DNA of 64,000 bases. Origin: Polyangiaceae bacterium (GTDB taxonomy: Bacteria; Myxococcota_A; Polyangia; Polyangiales; Polyangiaceae). Below are positions 45,271 through 55,137 of the stretch, one piece after another. Positions within the stretch are counted from its first letter, which is position 1. Each line of letters opens with the position of its first letter. Made by a program: the position numbers and the translations under genes. The notes under the pieces were generated by a model. The model had not been told where the DNA came from and ran no database searches. It saw only the letters and a program-made list of their open reading frames with translations. The stretch lies in the NCBI GenBank assembly GCA_046351395.1, contig JAXLYP010000017.1, forward strand, positions 65,508-129,507, in the 5' to 3' direction.

Positions 45271-45866
45271 GGGGAACCTCCGGGGGGAGCGGCGGGGGCG
45301 TTCGCGACGAGCGCGAAGCCCTTCTGCTCGTCCGCGCAAAGCTTCTGATCCGTCTCGATCCCTTTGTTGAGGGCCTCGACGAGTTCTTTGTGGGTGGCCT
45401 CCGTCGTGATGGCCACGACGAAGCGCGAGAGATCGGGGAGGCCGAGCTTGCTCGCGACGATCGCACAGATCCGGAGCTCCGGGCTCCGGATGCCGCGGTA
45501 GCGGACGACCCGATCGGGATCCTCGTCCGGCTCGAGGAGCGGCTGCCGAACGACCACGACCTGATCGGCGCGCTCGATCGTCTGCAGGACGCCGTCCTTG
45601 TCGATGCGAACGATGAGCGTCGCCTCGCGCGACGAGAGATCGACCGGCGGCGAGGTCGTCGCGGGGGGAGCGGACACGGAGGGCGCCGCCGAGGGGCGCG
45701 CCGAGAGCGCAGCGGACGCGGAGGCGAGCGCGGCGGACGCGCTCGCGAGCGCGTCCGCGGCGGACTTCGCTTTCGCCTCCGCCTCTTCGGTCTCGGTGTG
45801 GTTCACGCCGACGTTCACGAGCGAGACGAACACGAGGATGAAGAGGACGTCGAAGAGCGACGTCAT
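45267..45866 (-). CDS. ExbD/TolR family protein.
   Basis: MTSLFDVLFILVFVSLV is a typical ExbD N-terminus. The periplasmic domain is ...ATLIVRIDKDGVLQ...RVVRYRGIRSPE... Internal ATG of ORF 45267..46511. Confidence 0.7.
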   Translation of the reverse strand: MTSLFDVLFILVFVSLVNVGVNHTETEEAEAKAKSAADALASASAALASASAALSARPSAAPSVSAPPATTSPPVDLSSREATLIVRIDKDGVLQTIERADQVVVVRQPLLEPDEDPDRVVRYRGIRSPELRICAIVASKLGLPDLSRFVVAITTEATHKELVEALNKGIETDQKLCADEQKGFALVANAPAAPPGGSP

Positions 45867-45898
45867 GTCCGGGGGACGGATCGCGCGGCGCTGTCTCC

Positions 45899-46492
45899 TC
45901 ACGCGGGCGGCCTCTCGGAGCGCGGCGCCGTCGAGAGCCCGCGTCGGCGAGCGTCCCACGCCTCCATGTTCTTCTCGCACGCGTCGACCCACGCGGGCAG
46001 CTTCATCCCGAACAGGGAGGTGAGGATGATGCTGAACGCGAGGCCGGCGACCGTCGTCCACACCTTGAACGCGAGCGGCCCGAGGAGCTTCGACACGTCC
46101 TTGCCGGTGTACGCGAGCGAGAGCCCGAGGCCGAACACCGTCCCGAGGAGGCCGAGCTGGCGCAGCAAATCGGTCCAGAAGTGGAGGGCCTGCTCGAGGC
46201 GCTGCGAGCGCATCTGCCAGGAGCGGACCTGCTTCTGCGCCCACGCGGGATCCTTCGCGGCGAGGATCGCCTGCGACTCGTGGCGGATCTCCTCGAGCTC
46301 GAGGCCCCCAGGCTGGGCCTTCGAGCGCTTCGCGCCGGGTTCGTCCGCGACGAGGTCGTACCCGAGGTGGTCCGTGAGCGCGCGGATCCACCGGAGCTCG
46401 CGGCTCAGGTGCACGATCGCGAACACGAACACGAACGCGATCGTGCCGATGAACGCGAGCGTCAGGCCCCAGCCCTGGACGAACGATTCCAT
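45899..46492 (-). CDS. MotA/TolQ/ExbB proton-channel family protein.
   Basis: 197 aa with three TM helices. LGLLGTVFGLGLSLAYTG is the conserved channel helix. Confidence 0.8.
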   Translation of the reverse strand: MESFVQGWGLTLAFIGTIAFVFVFAIVHLSRELRWIRALTDHLGYDLVADEPGAKRSKAQPGGLELEEIRHESQAILAAKDPAWAQKQVRSWQMRSQRLEQALHFWTDLLRQLGLLGTVFGLGLSLAYTGKDVSKLLGPLAFKVWTTVAGLAFSIILTSLFGMKLPAWVDACEKNMEAWDARRRGLSTAPRSERPPA

Positions 46493-46548
46493 GCACTTCG
46501 CCTTCGCACATCCACCGCGTGGGGACTAGAGCACCTCTCGCCGTGCGC

Positions 46549-47133
46549 CTACTTCGAGCAGCTCGCCTCGAGGTCTTTCACCGCGGAGCTCCACGCTTCT
46601 TTGTCTGCGTCGGACCACGACGCGGGATCCTTCGTGAGAGCGGCGCGCGCCTTCTCCTTCTTCTTGTCGATGTCTTCGAGCCCGACGGCGGAGTCCGTCA
46701 TCTTCGATTTGCCTGGGGAGACGACCGCGGTGACGATCGACCCGACGGCGCCGAGCCCCGCGGTGACGAACCCGGTCACGCCCGTCATTGTCTCCTTCGT
46801 GTCCTGATCGTCGATGACGAACGCGCCGACCCCCGTGATCACGCCGCCCGCCGTGCCGACGCCGCCCGTGATCGATCCGAGAATCGTCTTGAAGCCCTCC
46901 TGTTGCTCTTTCCCTTCTTGATACCGGAAGAGGAGCTTCGACTCTTTGGTGCCGCACAGGCGGTCCGCCTTCGCCGCTTCGTCGGCGACGTCCTCGGGCC
47001 ACGCGGTCTCGGCGGAGCTCAGGGGTGCGCTCGGCGGCTTCACTTTCGCGGAGGCGCACCCGACGGCGCCGAACACGGCGCCGGCAAGGAGGACGAGGAC
47101 GAGACGATCGCTGCTACGCTGAACCTTACGCAT
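46549..47133 (-). CDS. Hypothetical lipoprotein.
   Basis: MRKVQRSSDRLVLVLLAGAVFGAVGC has a lipobox. Gly-rich repeats TGGVGTAGGVITGVGAF. Confidence 0.5.
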   Translation of the reverse strand: MRKVQRSSDRLVLVLLAGAVFGAVGCASAKVKPPSAPLSSAETAWPEDVADEAAKADRLCGTKESKLLFRYQEGKEQQEGFKTILGSITGGVGTAGGVITGVGAFVIDDQDTKETMTGVTGFVTAGLGAVGSIVTAVVSPGKSKMTDSAVGLEDIDKKKEKARAALTKDPASWSDADKEAWSSAVKDLEASCSK

Positions 47134-47318
47134 GGTGATGACCATACGGAATGTCGTGTGGGCTCAGCAATGCCGATCGTGACGGGGAGCAGGGATCGGC
47201 CCGCCACGCGCGCTTCGCACTGCGAGGGATGCGGGCGCTCGGCCCGATTGTCTGCGTCAGCGCTCGTGCGAGGAGCGGCCATTGCGACGGTCGTCGAGGG
47301 GGGCTAGGACTCGGGGGG

Positions 47319-48038
47319 ATGAGCGATGACCGTCTCCGATCGCCTCGATCCGCTCGTCCGCGGTGGCGCGTGCGCCGGCACATCGAGGGGCTCGTGGCGC
47401 TCGGTCTGCTCGCGCCCGGAGCGGCGAGCTGCGCGGGCCGATCGTCGGGGGGCGACCTGGAGGACATGCCCTCGCCCGACATCCCTCGTGAGTACTCCCC
47501 GAACTTCGATGCCGTCGTCCCTCATGAGTACTCCCCGAACTCGGATCCGGTAGGAGAGCCCGCGCGGCAGATGCCGCTCCCGCCGGTGAACGCGGAGGCG
47601 GCGTGGTTGAACGGTCGCCAGCTCGTGGTTCACGTCTGGTGGGCGGGGCCAAAGGCGGACGCAGCGGGCGTCACTCCATCAGGGAGCGCACCTGTCTTCC
47701 TCGTCGACAGCGCGCGCGTCGCGCCGACCGAGGGCGTCGTTCCCCACCTCTCGCCCGTCGCGCCCGCCCCGCCGGGTGCAGCCACGAGCGCGCCCGCCCC
47801 GCCCGCCCCCGCGCCGCCTCCACCGCCGACGGGGCCGAATGGACCGCCGGTGGTCGTCGCGGAGCCCGTGGGCAAAGAGCCGGGGCACTTCTGGTTCCTG
47901 GTGCGAGGCCTCGGCGGCTCGAAGTCCGTGATCCTGCAGCTCGTGCTCGATTCGCTGGAAGGGCCGATCACGACGGCCCTCTCGGTCGACTTCGGAGCCG
48001 TCGGCGGACTCACGAACGTTCGCGTGACCTCGCGTTAG
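47319..48038 (+). CDS. Hypothetical Pro-rich secreted protein.
   Basis: MSDDRLRSPRSARPRWRVRRHIEGLVALGLLAPGAASC is a signal-like N-terminus. Internal short repeat REYSPNFDAVVPHEYSPNSDPV. Confidence 0.4.
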   Translation: MSDDRLRSPRSARPRWRVRRHIEGLVALGLLAPGAASCAGRSSGGDLEDMPSPDIPREYSPNFDAVVPHEYSPNSDPVGEPARQMPLPPVNAEAAWLNGRQLVVHVWWAGPKADAAGVTPSGSAPVFLVDSARVAPTEGVVPHLSPVAPAPPGAATSAPAPPAPAPPPPPTGPNGPPVVVAEPVGKEPGHFWFLVRGLGGSKSVILQLVLDSLEGPITTALSVDFGAVGGLTNVRVTSR

Positions 48039-48059
48039 CCATTCCGCGGGCCGCGGCCG

Positions 48060-48140
48060 ATCGAGCGCCTACGGCGTCATGGAATTCCGCGGACGGAGCC
48101 GCGGCTGACTCGAGCGCCTTCGGCGCGCTCGGGAAATCAG
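48060..48140. repeat. REP-like double-hairpin repeats in inverted orientation (two partial or complete units).
   Basis: attccgcgg...ccgcgg...tcgagcgcct(a/t)cggcg... is the reverse complement of the unit at 23681 and 34891. Confidence 0.6.
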
Positions 48141-48195
48141 TTCGGGCCAACGAGTCACGGTTTCGTTCTCGTCGGGGGTTCCCTATTCTCACGCG

Positions 48196-49362
48196 ATGCG
48201 ACGTGCTTCCTACCTCTTGCTCGGGCTCACCTCACTCCTTGGGACCGCCGCGACCGCGACGGTGATCGGCTGCGGAGGCAGCGGAACGACAGGCACCGGC
48301 GGCACGTCCACCGGCTCGCAGTCCACCGGGTCCCAGTCGACAGGCTCGAAGAGCACCGGCTCGCAATCGACAGGCTCCCAGTCCACCGGGTCTCAGTCCA
48401 CCGGCAACAGCATGAGCACGGGCACAGGTGTGCCCAGCCCCGGCGGGCTCTTCACCGCGCCCGAGCCCTGGACCAAGGACGTATCCGGGCTCTCGCCCTC
48501 CGACCGATCCGACGCGATCATCGGCGCGCTGGACTCGATGGGCGGATGGGGCCTCGGAGTCTTCCAGACCGACTTCTCGATCCCGGTCTTCTACGCCGAC
48601 GGATCTACGCCCAGGGTGACGATTCAAGGATTGTCCCCCGAGTACTGCTACGGCGGTCCCGACTGCGATGATGTCCCGCTTCAGATGCCGATTCCAAACG
48701 GCTCGAACATCGAGGGGAGCGCCGACCTGAACTGCGATATCGCTGACAACGACTGCCATATCCTCGTCGCGGAGGTCGCGGAGAAGAAGTTGTACGAGCT
48801 CTACAATGCCTACCAGCAGGGCAGCGAGATCATCGCACGTGGAGCCTTTACCTGGGATCTCACCAAAGCTTATCCCGACAATCTGAGAGGAGATCAGTGC
48901 ACGTCCGCGGACGCCGCGGGACTCCCGATTGCGGGGCTCCTGCCCACAGCGGATGAGGTCAAGGCCGGCGACGTCCACCACGCGCTACGGTTCATCTTGC
49001 CCAACGAAGAAATGAAGGCGGGGGTCTACGTCCACCCCGCCACGCACGCCGGCGGTCCGTCCAGTTCGGATGCCAATGCACCCCCATACGGGGTCCGCTT
49101 CCGCCTCAAGTCGACGTTCGACGAATCACCGTACAACGCAGGCGAGAAGGTGATCCTCAAGGCACTGAAGACGTTCGGCATGGTGTTGTCCGATGGGGGG
49201 CACGTTGCACTCACGTTCGCGGACGATCGCACAACGGCAGCGAAGTGGGCCGAAGTTGGTATTACCGCGCAGTCGTTCAACGACATCCAGGTCACTGACT
49301 TCGAAGTCGTCGACCTGGGGCCCGAGATCGATCTGACGAACGACTGCGTGCGGAACCCGTAG
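48196..49362 (+). CDS. Secreted lipoprotein with an (STGSQ)n linker.
   Basis: Lipobox VIGC. Six or seven tandem 15-nt / 5-aa repeats STGSQ/STGSK at 48301..48405. Locally lower GC. Confidence 0.65.
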   Translation: MRRASYLLLGLTSLLGTAATATVIGCGGSGTTGTGGTSTGSQSTGSQSTGSKSTGSQSTGSQSTGSQSTGNSMSTGTGVPSPGGLFTAPEPWTKDVSGLSPSDRSDAIIGALDSMGGWGLGVFQTDFSIPVFYADGSTPRVTIQGLSPEYCYGGPDCDDVPLQMPIPNGSNIEGSADLNCDIADNDCHILVAEVAEKKLYELYNAYQQGSEIIARGAFTWDLTKAYPDNLRGDQCTSADAAGLPIAGLLPTADEVKAGDVHHALRFILPNEEMKAGVYVHPATHAGGPSSSDANAPPYGVRFRLKSTFDESPYNAGEKVILKALKTFGMVLSDGGHVALTFADDRTTAAKWAEVGITAQSFNDIQVTDFEVVDLGPEIDLTNDCVRNP

Positions 49363-49371
49363 CTTCGACAG

Positions 49372-50669
49372 TCATCGGGCGACGCGACGGATTGATCCGT
49401 TCGGACTGTCGGCACTCTCGATCCAATAGACGAACTTGTCGTCCGTCACGAGGCTGCTCGCGCTCGTAACACCGGTGGCCAGGTCCGTCGGCGCAGCGCA
49501 CGATGTGGACGCGCAGGTCTTTAGTGCGCCCGATTCGATCCAGAACACGTCAGTGTCCCTGGCAGTCATGTCCGAAATGTGGTGGTGCTGGTGCGGACGA
49601 TCGTCGGCGAACCCGGACATCCAGTCAGAGGGCAACGTCCAATTGCGCTCCCGCCGCCCGCGCCTCCCGCCCAGAGAATGAACAGCTCGGTAGGTGTCGT
49701 GACGAGTCGAGTGACAGCATTCGTGACAGAGGAAATATTCTCGACGGTTGTACAGGTGCCCTCCGACGTCGGGCACCGTACGATCCCGCTGACGACGCCG
49801 TTGACCTTCTTTTGATAGTAATAGTGCGACGGTGTCGCTGCGAGTGGAGGTGCCGATAGTGTTTTGGATACTCTACTTACCAGGTTTCCGCATTGAGTCC
49901 CGGTGCATGTTGTCGACTGCAGTCCGAAGCCGCCCGGGTTGTGCACATATGCGACAGTGCTCGACCCAGCGACAGCCATCGCGATGCCCTTTGCGTAGCC
50001 CGTATTGGAAAATCCGAGCCCACTCAGCGTAGCGCATCCGTCGGTCGGACACGCGTGCACGTGAGTGGAGCCATTTGTGTTTCCGAAGAAAACGATTAGG
50101 CCTTCTGTGACGGCGAGTGAACCCGTTCCATCATCGTTCTGGCCAGTGAAATCCGCGAGGGTCTTCAGCCCCGCGCCAGTGCATGGTCCACCCTGGAGAC
50201 AGCTGCGAACGAGGTTGCCCGCGGTGAAGTAGAGCCGCGCGCCGTCGATCCCGATGGAGTGCAGCTCGGCGATCCCCGATGCGAGCGTGACAGGCTGGCA
50301 AATGCCATCGAGACATTCGCCGCCGCCGCACGAGTGATCGCACGCGTTGCAGTGGTCCCCGTCTTTCATGAGGTCGACGCAGGCGCCGCCGCAGGTCGTC
50401 AGGCCCATCGCTTCGCAGTTCGGTGGTGCTCCGCCCGCGCCACCGGCTCCCGACGACGAGGACGACGTCCCCGACGCGCTCGTACCCGAAACGCTCGACG
50501 AGGTGGGGGAGCCTGAGCCGCCCATCCCGCCCGGACATGCGGCGTCCGCAGAATCCACGACCGTGCCATCCGGGCAGCCGTACTTGTAGCCGCCGAGTCC
50601 AAGCACGACGTCGCACCCCGCGAGGAGCAGCGCCGACAAGCCGAAGAGAAGCGTCGAGGGGGCGCGCAT
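49372..50669 (-). pseudogene. Probable frameshifted gene for a Cys-rich, YWTD/beta-propeller-like lipoprotein.
   Basis: The 400-aa ORF has a lipobox (LLFGLSALLLAGC) at internal M34, which sets the start at 50669, plus Myxococcus-type Cys repeats and propeller-like blades. Read 5' to 3' on the minus strand, that ORF stops at 49566. The -1 frame (ORF 49372..49776) continues below it with ...DVFWIESG...KFVYWIESADS... down to the final stop at 49372. Confidence 0.45.
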
Positions 50670-50816
50670 TCCCCGACGGTACACGCGCGGGGCGGACGCG
50701 CGAAGCGCGATGCGCCGAGGTTCGTGGAGGCAGCGAGACATGACGAGACTCCTTGTTTCCTGCCGCATCGCCGCAGGCCCGGTCGAGTCCGATCGAGGTG
50801 GCGGAGATGGACAGGG

Positions 50817-53729
50817 CTACGCGCTCCCGCGTGGCGCGTCTCCTGGCTTGCCCGGGACGGTCAGCCTTCCGCGGGCGTGGGGCGGGAGGAACGACTCGGT
50901 CCGCGCGATGCCGAGCACCTCGGTCGCGTCGACGAATGTCTCGGTGCCGTCTGCAGCTCGCTCGCCGACCGCGAGGGCGAGCCCGCGGGCTGGCAGGTAG
51001 ACCCCGCGCGACTCGCGCTGCCACAGCTGACGGCTGGTCGCGTAGGTCGAGTCGACCTCGCTGCGCGCCAGGACCCCGTTCACGTACGTGCGCTTCTTGC
51101 GGTTCGGGGGGACGACGGAGTCCGGCATCGCCTCGAGCAGCTGGACGACGTCGCTCGACTCGAAGCCGAAGTAGCGTGCGCCGGTGTGCACGTAGGCGTG
51201 CGGACGGAACAGCGCCTCGATCGCGAGCCAGATCATGTACTCGCCATTTCGGCGCGTGAGCTTCACGAGGCGCCGGCGCTCGGCGGGACCGATCTCGACC
51301 GAGAGCTCGGCGGGCGCGACCCGTTCGAACAGCGCGCCGAACCCTCCCCTGGCCCACGGCTGGTCGATGACGAACGGCGCGGCGTTCAGGAGCAGGCCCG
51401 CGAGGCACCAGCTCACGGGCGTGCGGCCGTAGAGGTCGCGGCTCGCGAGGCTCGCGCCCCGCCGCACGAGCTCCTCCGCGAGCTCGAGGTTGCGCGCCAC
51501 CACCGCCTGCATCAGCGGCGTGAGGCCCCACGGCGTGCGGTGCTCGATGCCGTGTTTGTCCACTTGAGCCAGCACCTCGCGGTGGTTCGCCACTTTGTAC
51601 GGCTGCGGGATCGACCGCTCGCGCTGCGCCCTCGTGTGTTGCGCCACCGAGTCGTGCTGACGCGCGGCGAGCGGAATCGCCGGGTTCGGGGGCAACGGCG
51701 TCGGTGCGAAGCCGAGCGCGGTCATTCGGGCCGCCATCAACCGGTCGTCATGGAAGCACGCGATCTCGAACACTTGCTGCTTCGCCTTCTTGAAGATCTC
51801 TCCCTTGTTCACCGCCTTGTCGACGAGCTCGTCGACCTTCGGACCGTCGAACACGGCCCACGGCACGGGCGTGCATTTCAGGATGCTCGAGCGGATCGCC
51901 TCCGCTTGCTCGCTCTTGCCCTGGAGCTCCAGCTTTCGCGCTTCCCGCTGCCACTCGAGCAGCGACGACTCGTCCGCCGCGAGCGACGGGAGCTCCCGCC
52001 GGAGGGGGACGCCCAAGAGCTCCCAGATCTTCGTGGCGGAGGCGGCGCGCCCCGGCTCGACGACGATCACGCGGCGGAGCGCGCGCGTCAGCGCGACATA
52101 GAGCGCGTTGACGAAGAATTTGTAGGCCTCGACGGATTTGTCTGTCTTGTCCTTCCCGCGCGCGTACTTGAGGTCGCCCTCCCGATCGAGCACGTCCGAC
52201 GAGATCCCGGCGACCAGCTCGTCGAAGATCGAGGGCTCCGCGCTGACGAGCCCGTAGAGCACCACGGACTCGTACTCGAGCCCCTTCACGTCCAGCACGC
52301 TGAACACGAGCGGGGTCGCGAAGAGCTTCCTCGCCGCCTCTTTGTCCTCCTCGCGCAGGACGACGATCGCCGTCTTCGCGGAGCGCCGCGTCGCGGCGTC
52401 GATCGCCTTCACGCCAGAATCTCCGCTGCGCCCGTCGAGCGTGAGCCCGAGGAGGACTCCGCCCTCGTCCGACGTGGCGCGCGCGAGCGTGTCGCTCTCT
52501 CGATCCATCGACCCGAATCGCGCGTGCTTCAGGCGAAGCAGTCGATTGGAGGCGGTCGTGATCGCGGAGGCGTTCCGGTAGTTCGACGAGAGGACGTGCA
52601 CCCGATCGATCGCCTCGGCGGACGCGTCCCGGAAGAAGAACGATCGGAGGTTTTGCCACGAGAAGAAGTTCGGGTGGACGATCTGATTGGCGTCCCCCGA
52701 GAGGAGGAACTGGGTCGGTTGCTTGAGCCCGCGCAGCGTCGTCGCGAGCTCGGCGTTCGTGAAGTCCTGGACCTCGTCGACGACGAGGAAGTCCCAGCGC
52801 GGCTCGATGTCGGGGAGGTACGCGTGGGCGACGAGGTTCGAGTCCCAGTACCCGGACGCGTCGAGCCACGGCCGATACCGGGAGAACGCCTCGAACACGG
52901 CTTCCCGCTCGGCGCCGAGGAAGATGGACTGGCGGACCCCGAGTCCGAGGTACGCGTCTCGAGACAACGGGCCCTCGGGCTGCGCGCCGAGGACGCCGCG
53001 GAACTCCTCGAAGACGGCGTGCGCGCTCGCGAACTTCAGCTTGGTCCGATGAGCCTCGAAGAACGGGCGAAAGCGCGCGAACGTGATCGGCTTTCCCGGC
53101 GGGCTCTTGTGCGACGCCAGGAGCTCGGCGAACGACAAGAACTCCGCCTCTCGGTCGTCGTCCTCGTTGCCCTGCTCGAACAGCGCGCGCGCCGTCTCGG
53201 CGAGGTACGCCGACTGGGTGACGTACGCGATCACCCCCGGCGTCGAGCGCAGCCGCGATATCGTCACCGCCGTCTTTCCGCTCCCCGCCGAGCCGAGCAC
53301 CACGAGCGGCGCGCGGGTCCGGAGCGCGGCGTCCTGGGCGTCGTCCAGCGAGAGGGGCGCCGCGAGGAACCTGAATCGGTCCCGCGTGGGGTGGAGATAC
53401 CGGAGCTCGGTCGCCTCGTCGGGCGCGCCGACGGGGGGCTGCGACTCGAGCATCGACTCGTCGAAGCGCGCCCCTCGAAGGAACCGCGAGCGGTCGTACG
53501 CGTGGCCCTCGATGATCTCGAGTACGAAGCAGACCGTCTGGCCGTCCCGGCGCCCGAAGCGGACCAGGAGCCGGTTCTCGTAGTCGAGCTTGGCGCGGTA
53601 GTACGGCCCGGAGCCGAGCTTCTTCAGATCACACGATCGGAGATCGTCCCCCGCGATCTGCTCGAGGACCTTCTGCAGCGTCTTCTTGTGTTTTCCAGCC
53701 GAGAGACCGTCGAGGAGCAGGGTTCGCAC
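50817..53729 (-). CDS. UvrD/Rep-like superfamily-1 helicase with an N-terminal extra domain and C-terminal ankyrin repeats (about 970 aa).
   Basis: Walker A LVVLGSAGSGKTA. DExx FLVVDEVQDF. SSNYRN (motif IV-like). YVALTRALRRV (motif VI). C-terminal GLTPLMQAVVARNLELAEELVRRGASLASRDLYGRTPV ankyrin pattern. A GTG start at 53729 is assumed, 11 nt after the rSAM stop. The upstream about 400 codons of the ORF are in a different frame from the rSAM gene and are rejected. Confidence 0.7.
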   Translation of the reverse strand: MRTLLLDGLSAGKHKKTLQKVLEQIAGDDLRSCDLKKLGSGPYYRAKLDYENRLLVRFGRRDGQTVCFVLEIIEGHAYDRSRFLRGARFDESMLESQPPVGAPDEATELRYLHPTRDRFRFLAAPLSLDDAQDAALRTRAPLVVLGSAGSGKTAVTISRLRSTPGVIAYVTQSAYLAETARALFEQGNEDDDREAEFLSFAELLASHKSPPGKPITFARFRPFFEAHRTKLKFASAHAVFEEFRGVLGAQPEGPLSRDAYLGLGVRQSIFLGAEREAVFEAFSRYRPWLDASGYWDSNLVAHAYLPDIEPRWDFLVVDEVQDFTNAELATTLRGLKQPTQFLLSGDANQIVHPNFFSWQNLRSFFFRDASAEAIDRVHVLSSNYRNASAITTASNRLLRLKHARFGSMDRESDTLARATSDEGGVLLGLTLDGRSGDSGVKAIDAATRRSAKTAIVVLREEDKEAARKLFATPLVFSVLDVKGLEYESVVLYGLVSAEPSIFDELVAGISSDVLDREGDLKYARGKDKTDKSVEAYKFFVNALYVALTRALRRVIVVEPGRAASATKIWELLGVPLRRELPSLAADESSLLEWQREARKLELQGKSEQAEAIRSSILKCTPVPWAVFDGPKVDELVDKAVNKGEIFKKAKQQVFEIACFHDDRLMAARMTALGFAPTPLPPNPAIPLAARQHDSVAQHTRAQRERSIPQPYKVANHREVLAQVDKHGIEHRTPWGLTPLMQAVVARNLELAEELVRRGASLASRDLYGRTPVSWCLAGLLLNAAPFVIDQPWARGGFGALFERVAPAELSVEIGPAERRRLVKLTRRNGEYMIWLAIEALFRPHAYVHTGARYFGFESSDVVQLLEAMPDSVVPPNRKKRTYVNGVLARSEVDSTYATSRQLWQRESRGVYLPARGLALAVGERAADGTETFVDATEVLGIARTESFLPPHARGRLTVPGKPGDAPRGSA

Positions 53730-53740
53730 GGCAGCGGAGA

Positions 53741-54820
53741 CTACAGCAACGGCAGTCGCTGCTTCTTCTCCGGCGCTCCGGTCACGAACGGATCTTGCGC
53801 CATCCCGCCGGTCGCCCACACCGCGGCGGCGCCGCACCCTCCGGCGCACGTCTCGCGGTGCTCGCAGGGCGCGCACGCCGCGGGGAGGCCGGCGCGGTAG
53901 CGATGCGGATCGTTCGGCCCCAGGACCTTGGCGAGATCGACGCTCGCGTCGAGGACATCCTCGGCGATCGCGTCTCTGTGGAGCGCACAATGGCGGACTT
54001 CTCCGCGCAGGCCGAGCGCGAATTCCTGCCCAGATCGCCCTATTGGACAGTCGTGGAGCTCGATCTCCGGGAACTCTTTGGCATCGAGGACGCATGGCGG
54101 GATCGGCATCGTCGAGAACAAATAGAGGCTTCGTGCGCGCCCCACGGCGGCGGCCCCGCGGAACGCCTCGCGCACCTCCGCGGGGGAGGGGAGGAGCGCC
54201 CGCGCGAACTCCGTCCCGTACCCGGCGGGGCTGAACCGGCTGAGCGCGACCTTCTTCACGCCGAGCGCCGCGAAGAGCTCCACGATCTCGGGAACGCGCG
54301 CCGCGTTGCGCCTCGTGATGACGATCGAGCCCTCCACCGGGACCTTCGCGCGGCGGAGCTTCCCGATGCCCCCGACGGTGTCGTCGAACCGCGCCGCGGC
54401 GACGTCCGCCCCCCCGGTCGAGGTCTCGTGCGTCGCCGCGTCCGGCCCGTTGAGGGTGACGAGGATCGAGCGGAGGCGGTAGCGCGCGAGCCTCGCCGCG
54501 ATCGCGTCCGTGACCAGGGCTCCGTTCGAGATGAGCTGAGCGCGCACGAGGCGCTTCCGCAGGTGATCGAGCACCGGGAACAGCACGTGGCTCGCGAGCG
54601 GCTCGCCTCCCGTCAGCGTGACGTGCTCGACCGCCACCGCGTCGAGGACGCGGTCGATGCGCGCGAGCAGCACGTCGAGCGCGGGTGTCCCGATCGACGC
54701 GCCTCGATCGGCGCGCCACGCGTTGTAGCAATAGTCGCAGTGCTGGTTGCAGAACGCCGTGAGCTCGATCGCGATCGAGTGGACGAGCGGTTTCGTCGAT
54801 CCCCAGGCGGCTTCGGGCAC
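53741..54820 (-). CDS. Radical SAM / SPASM-domain protein (anSME / peptide-maturase-like, 359 aa).
   Basis: IELTAFCNQHCDYCYN (Cx3Cx2C). TLTGGEP (SAM glycine motif). C-terminal CAPCEHRETCAGGCGAAA auxiliary-cluster cysteines. GTG start. Confidence 0.85.
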   Translation of the reverse strand: MPEAAWGSTKPLVHSIAIELTAFCNQHCDYCYNAWRADRGASIGTPALDVLLARIDRVLDAVAVEHVTLTGGEPLASHVLFPVLDHLRKRLVRAQLISNGALVTDAIAARLARYRLRSILVTLNGPDAATHETSTGGADVAAARFDDTVGGIGKLRRAKVPVEGSIVITRRNAARVPEIVELFAALGVKKVALSRFSPAGYGTEFARALLPSPAEVREAFRGAAAVGRARSLYLFSTMPIPPCVLDAKEFPEIELHDCPIGRSGQEFALGLRGEVRHCALHRDAIAEDVLDASVDLAKVLGPNDPHRYRAGLPAACAPCEHRETCAGGCGAAAVWATGGMAQDPFVTGAPEKKQRLPLL

Positions 54821-54950
54821 ACGCGCATCGTAGCAGCGTCACCGCGCGTTCTGCGCCGGAGCCGTGGCGAGATGAGCGCCTTCGTCGCGGGCGGTTCGAC
54901 CCGCGAGCGCCTCCGCCGCTCGGTGCGCGGAGCACGCTCCCGCGCCGGGA

Positions 54951-55052
54951 TCACGCGCGCGCGTCGCGCTCCGGGAACTCGATGCGACAGTCGCCCGGGG
55001 GGACGCTCTCCAGGCGGATGCGCCCCTTCTTTTCCAGTCGTCCTCGGCGCAC
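54951..55052 (-). CDS. Candidate 33-aa small ORF 130 nt upstream of the rSAM gene: (M)RRGRLEKKGRIRLESVPPGDCRIEFPERDARA. Low confidence.
   Basis: GTG start preceded by ggacgggacg. Below the ORF-track cut-off. The same frame reads protein-like for about 60 codons upstream without a start codon. Confidence 0.2.
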   Translation of the reverse strand: MRRGRLEKKGRIRLESVPPGDCRIEFPERDARA

Positions 55053-55137
55053 CGTCCCGTCCGGGAGCGTGAGGGCATAGGGCTCATCGGGGACGGCGGT
55101 CCCCTGCTCGTCGACCAGTGGTCCCGGCGCAAGACCG

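Noticed and set aside
44501-45466. 321-aa minus ORF in an alternative frame over the exbD-like genes.
   Set aside because: Arg/Pro/Gly-rich. The ExbD-type TM and periplasmic-domain patterns are in the other frame.
44623-46492. Possible Zorya-like (MotAB-type) defense module.
   Set aside because: The MotA/ExbB-like protein is only 197 aa with three TM helices. It is followed by two ordinary ExbD/TolR-size proteins. This is a standard ExbB-ExbD-ExbD arrangement with no large ZorA-like tail and no ZorC/D genes.
50724-53900. 1058-aa plus-strand ORF.
   Set aside because: Antisense of the UvrD-like helicase gene. Low-complexity Arg/Glu/Leu translation.
53730-54935. N-terminal about 400 codons of the 1372-aa minus ORF (upstream extension of the helicase).
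   Set aside because: It overlaps the radical SAM gene in a different frame for more than 1 kb and is Arg/Gly-rich. The helicase is assumed to start at the GTG at 53729.
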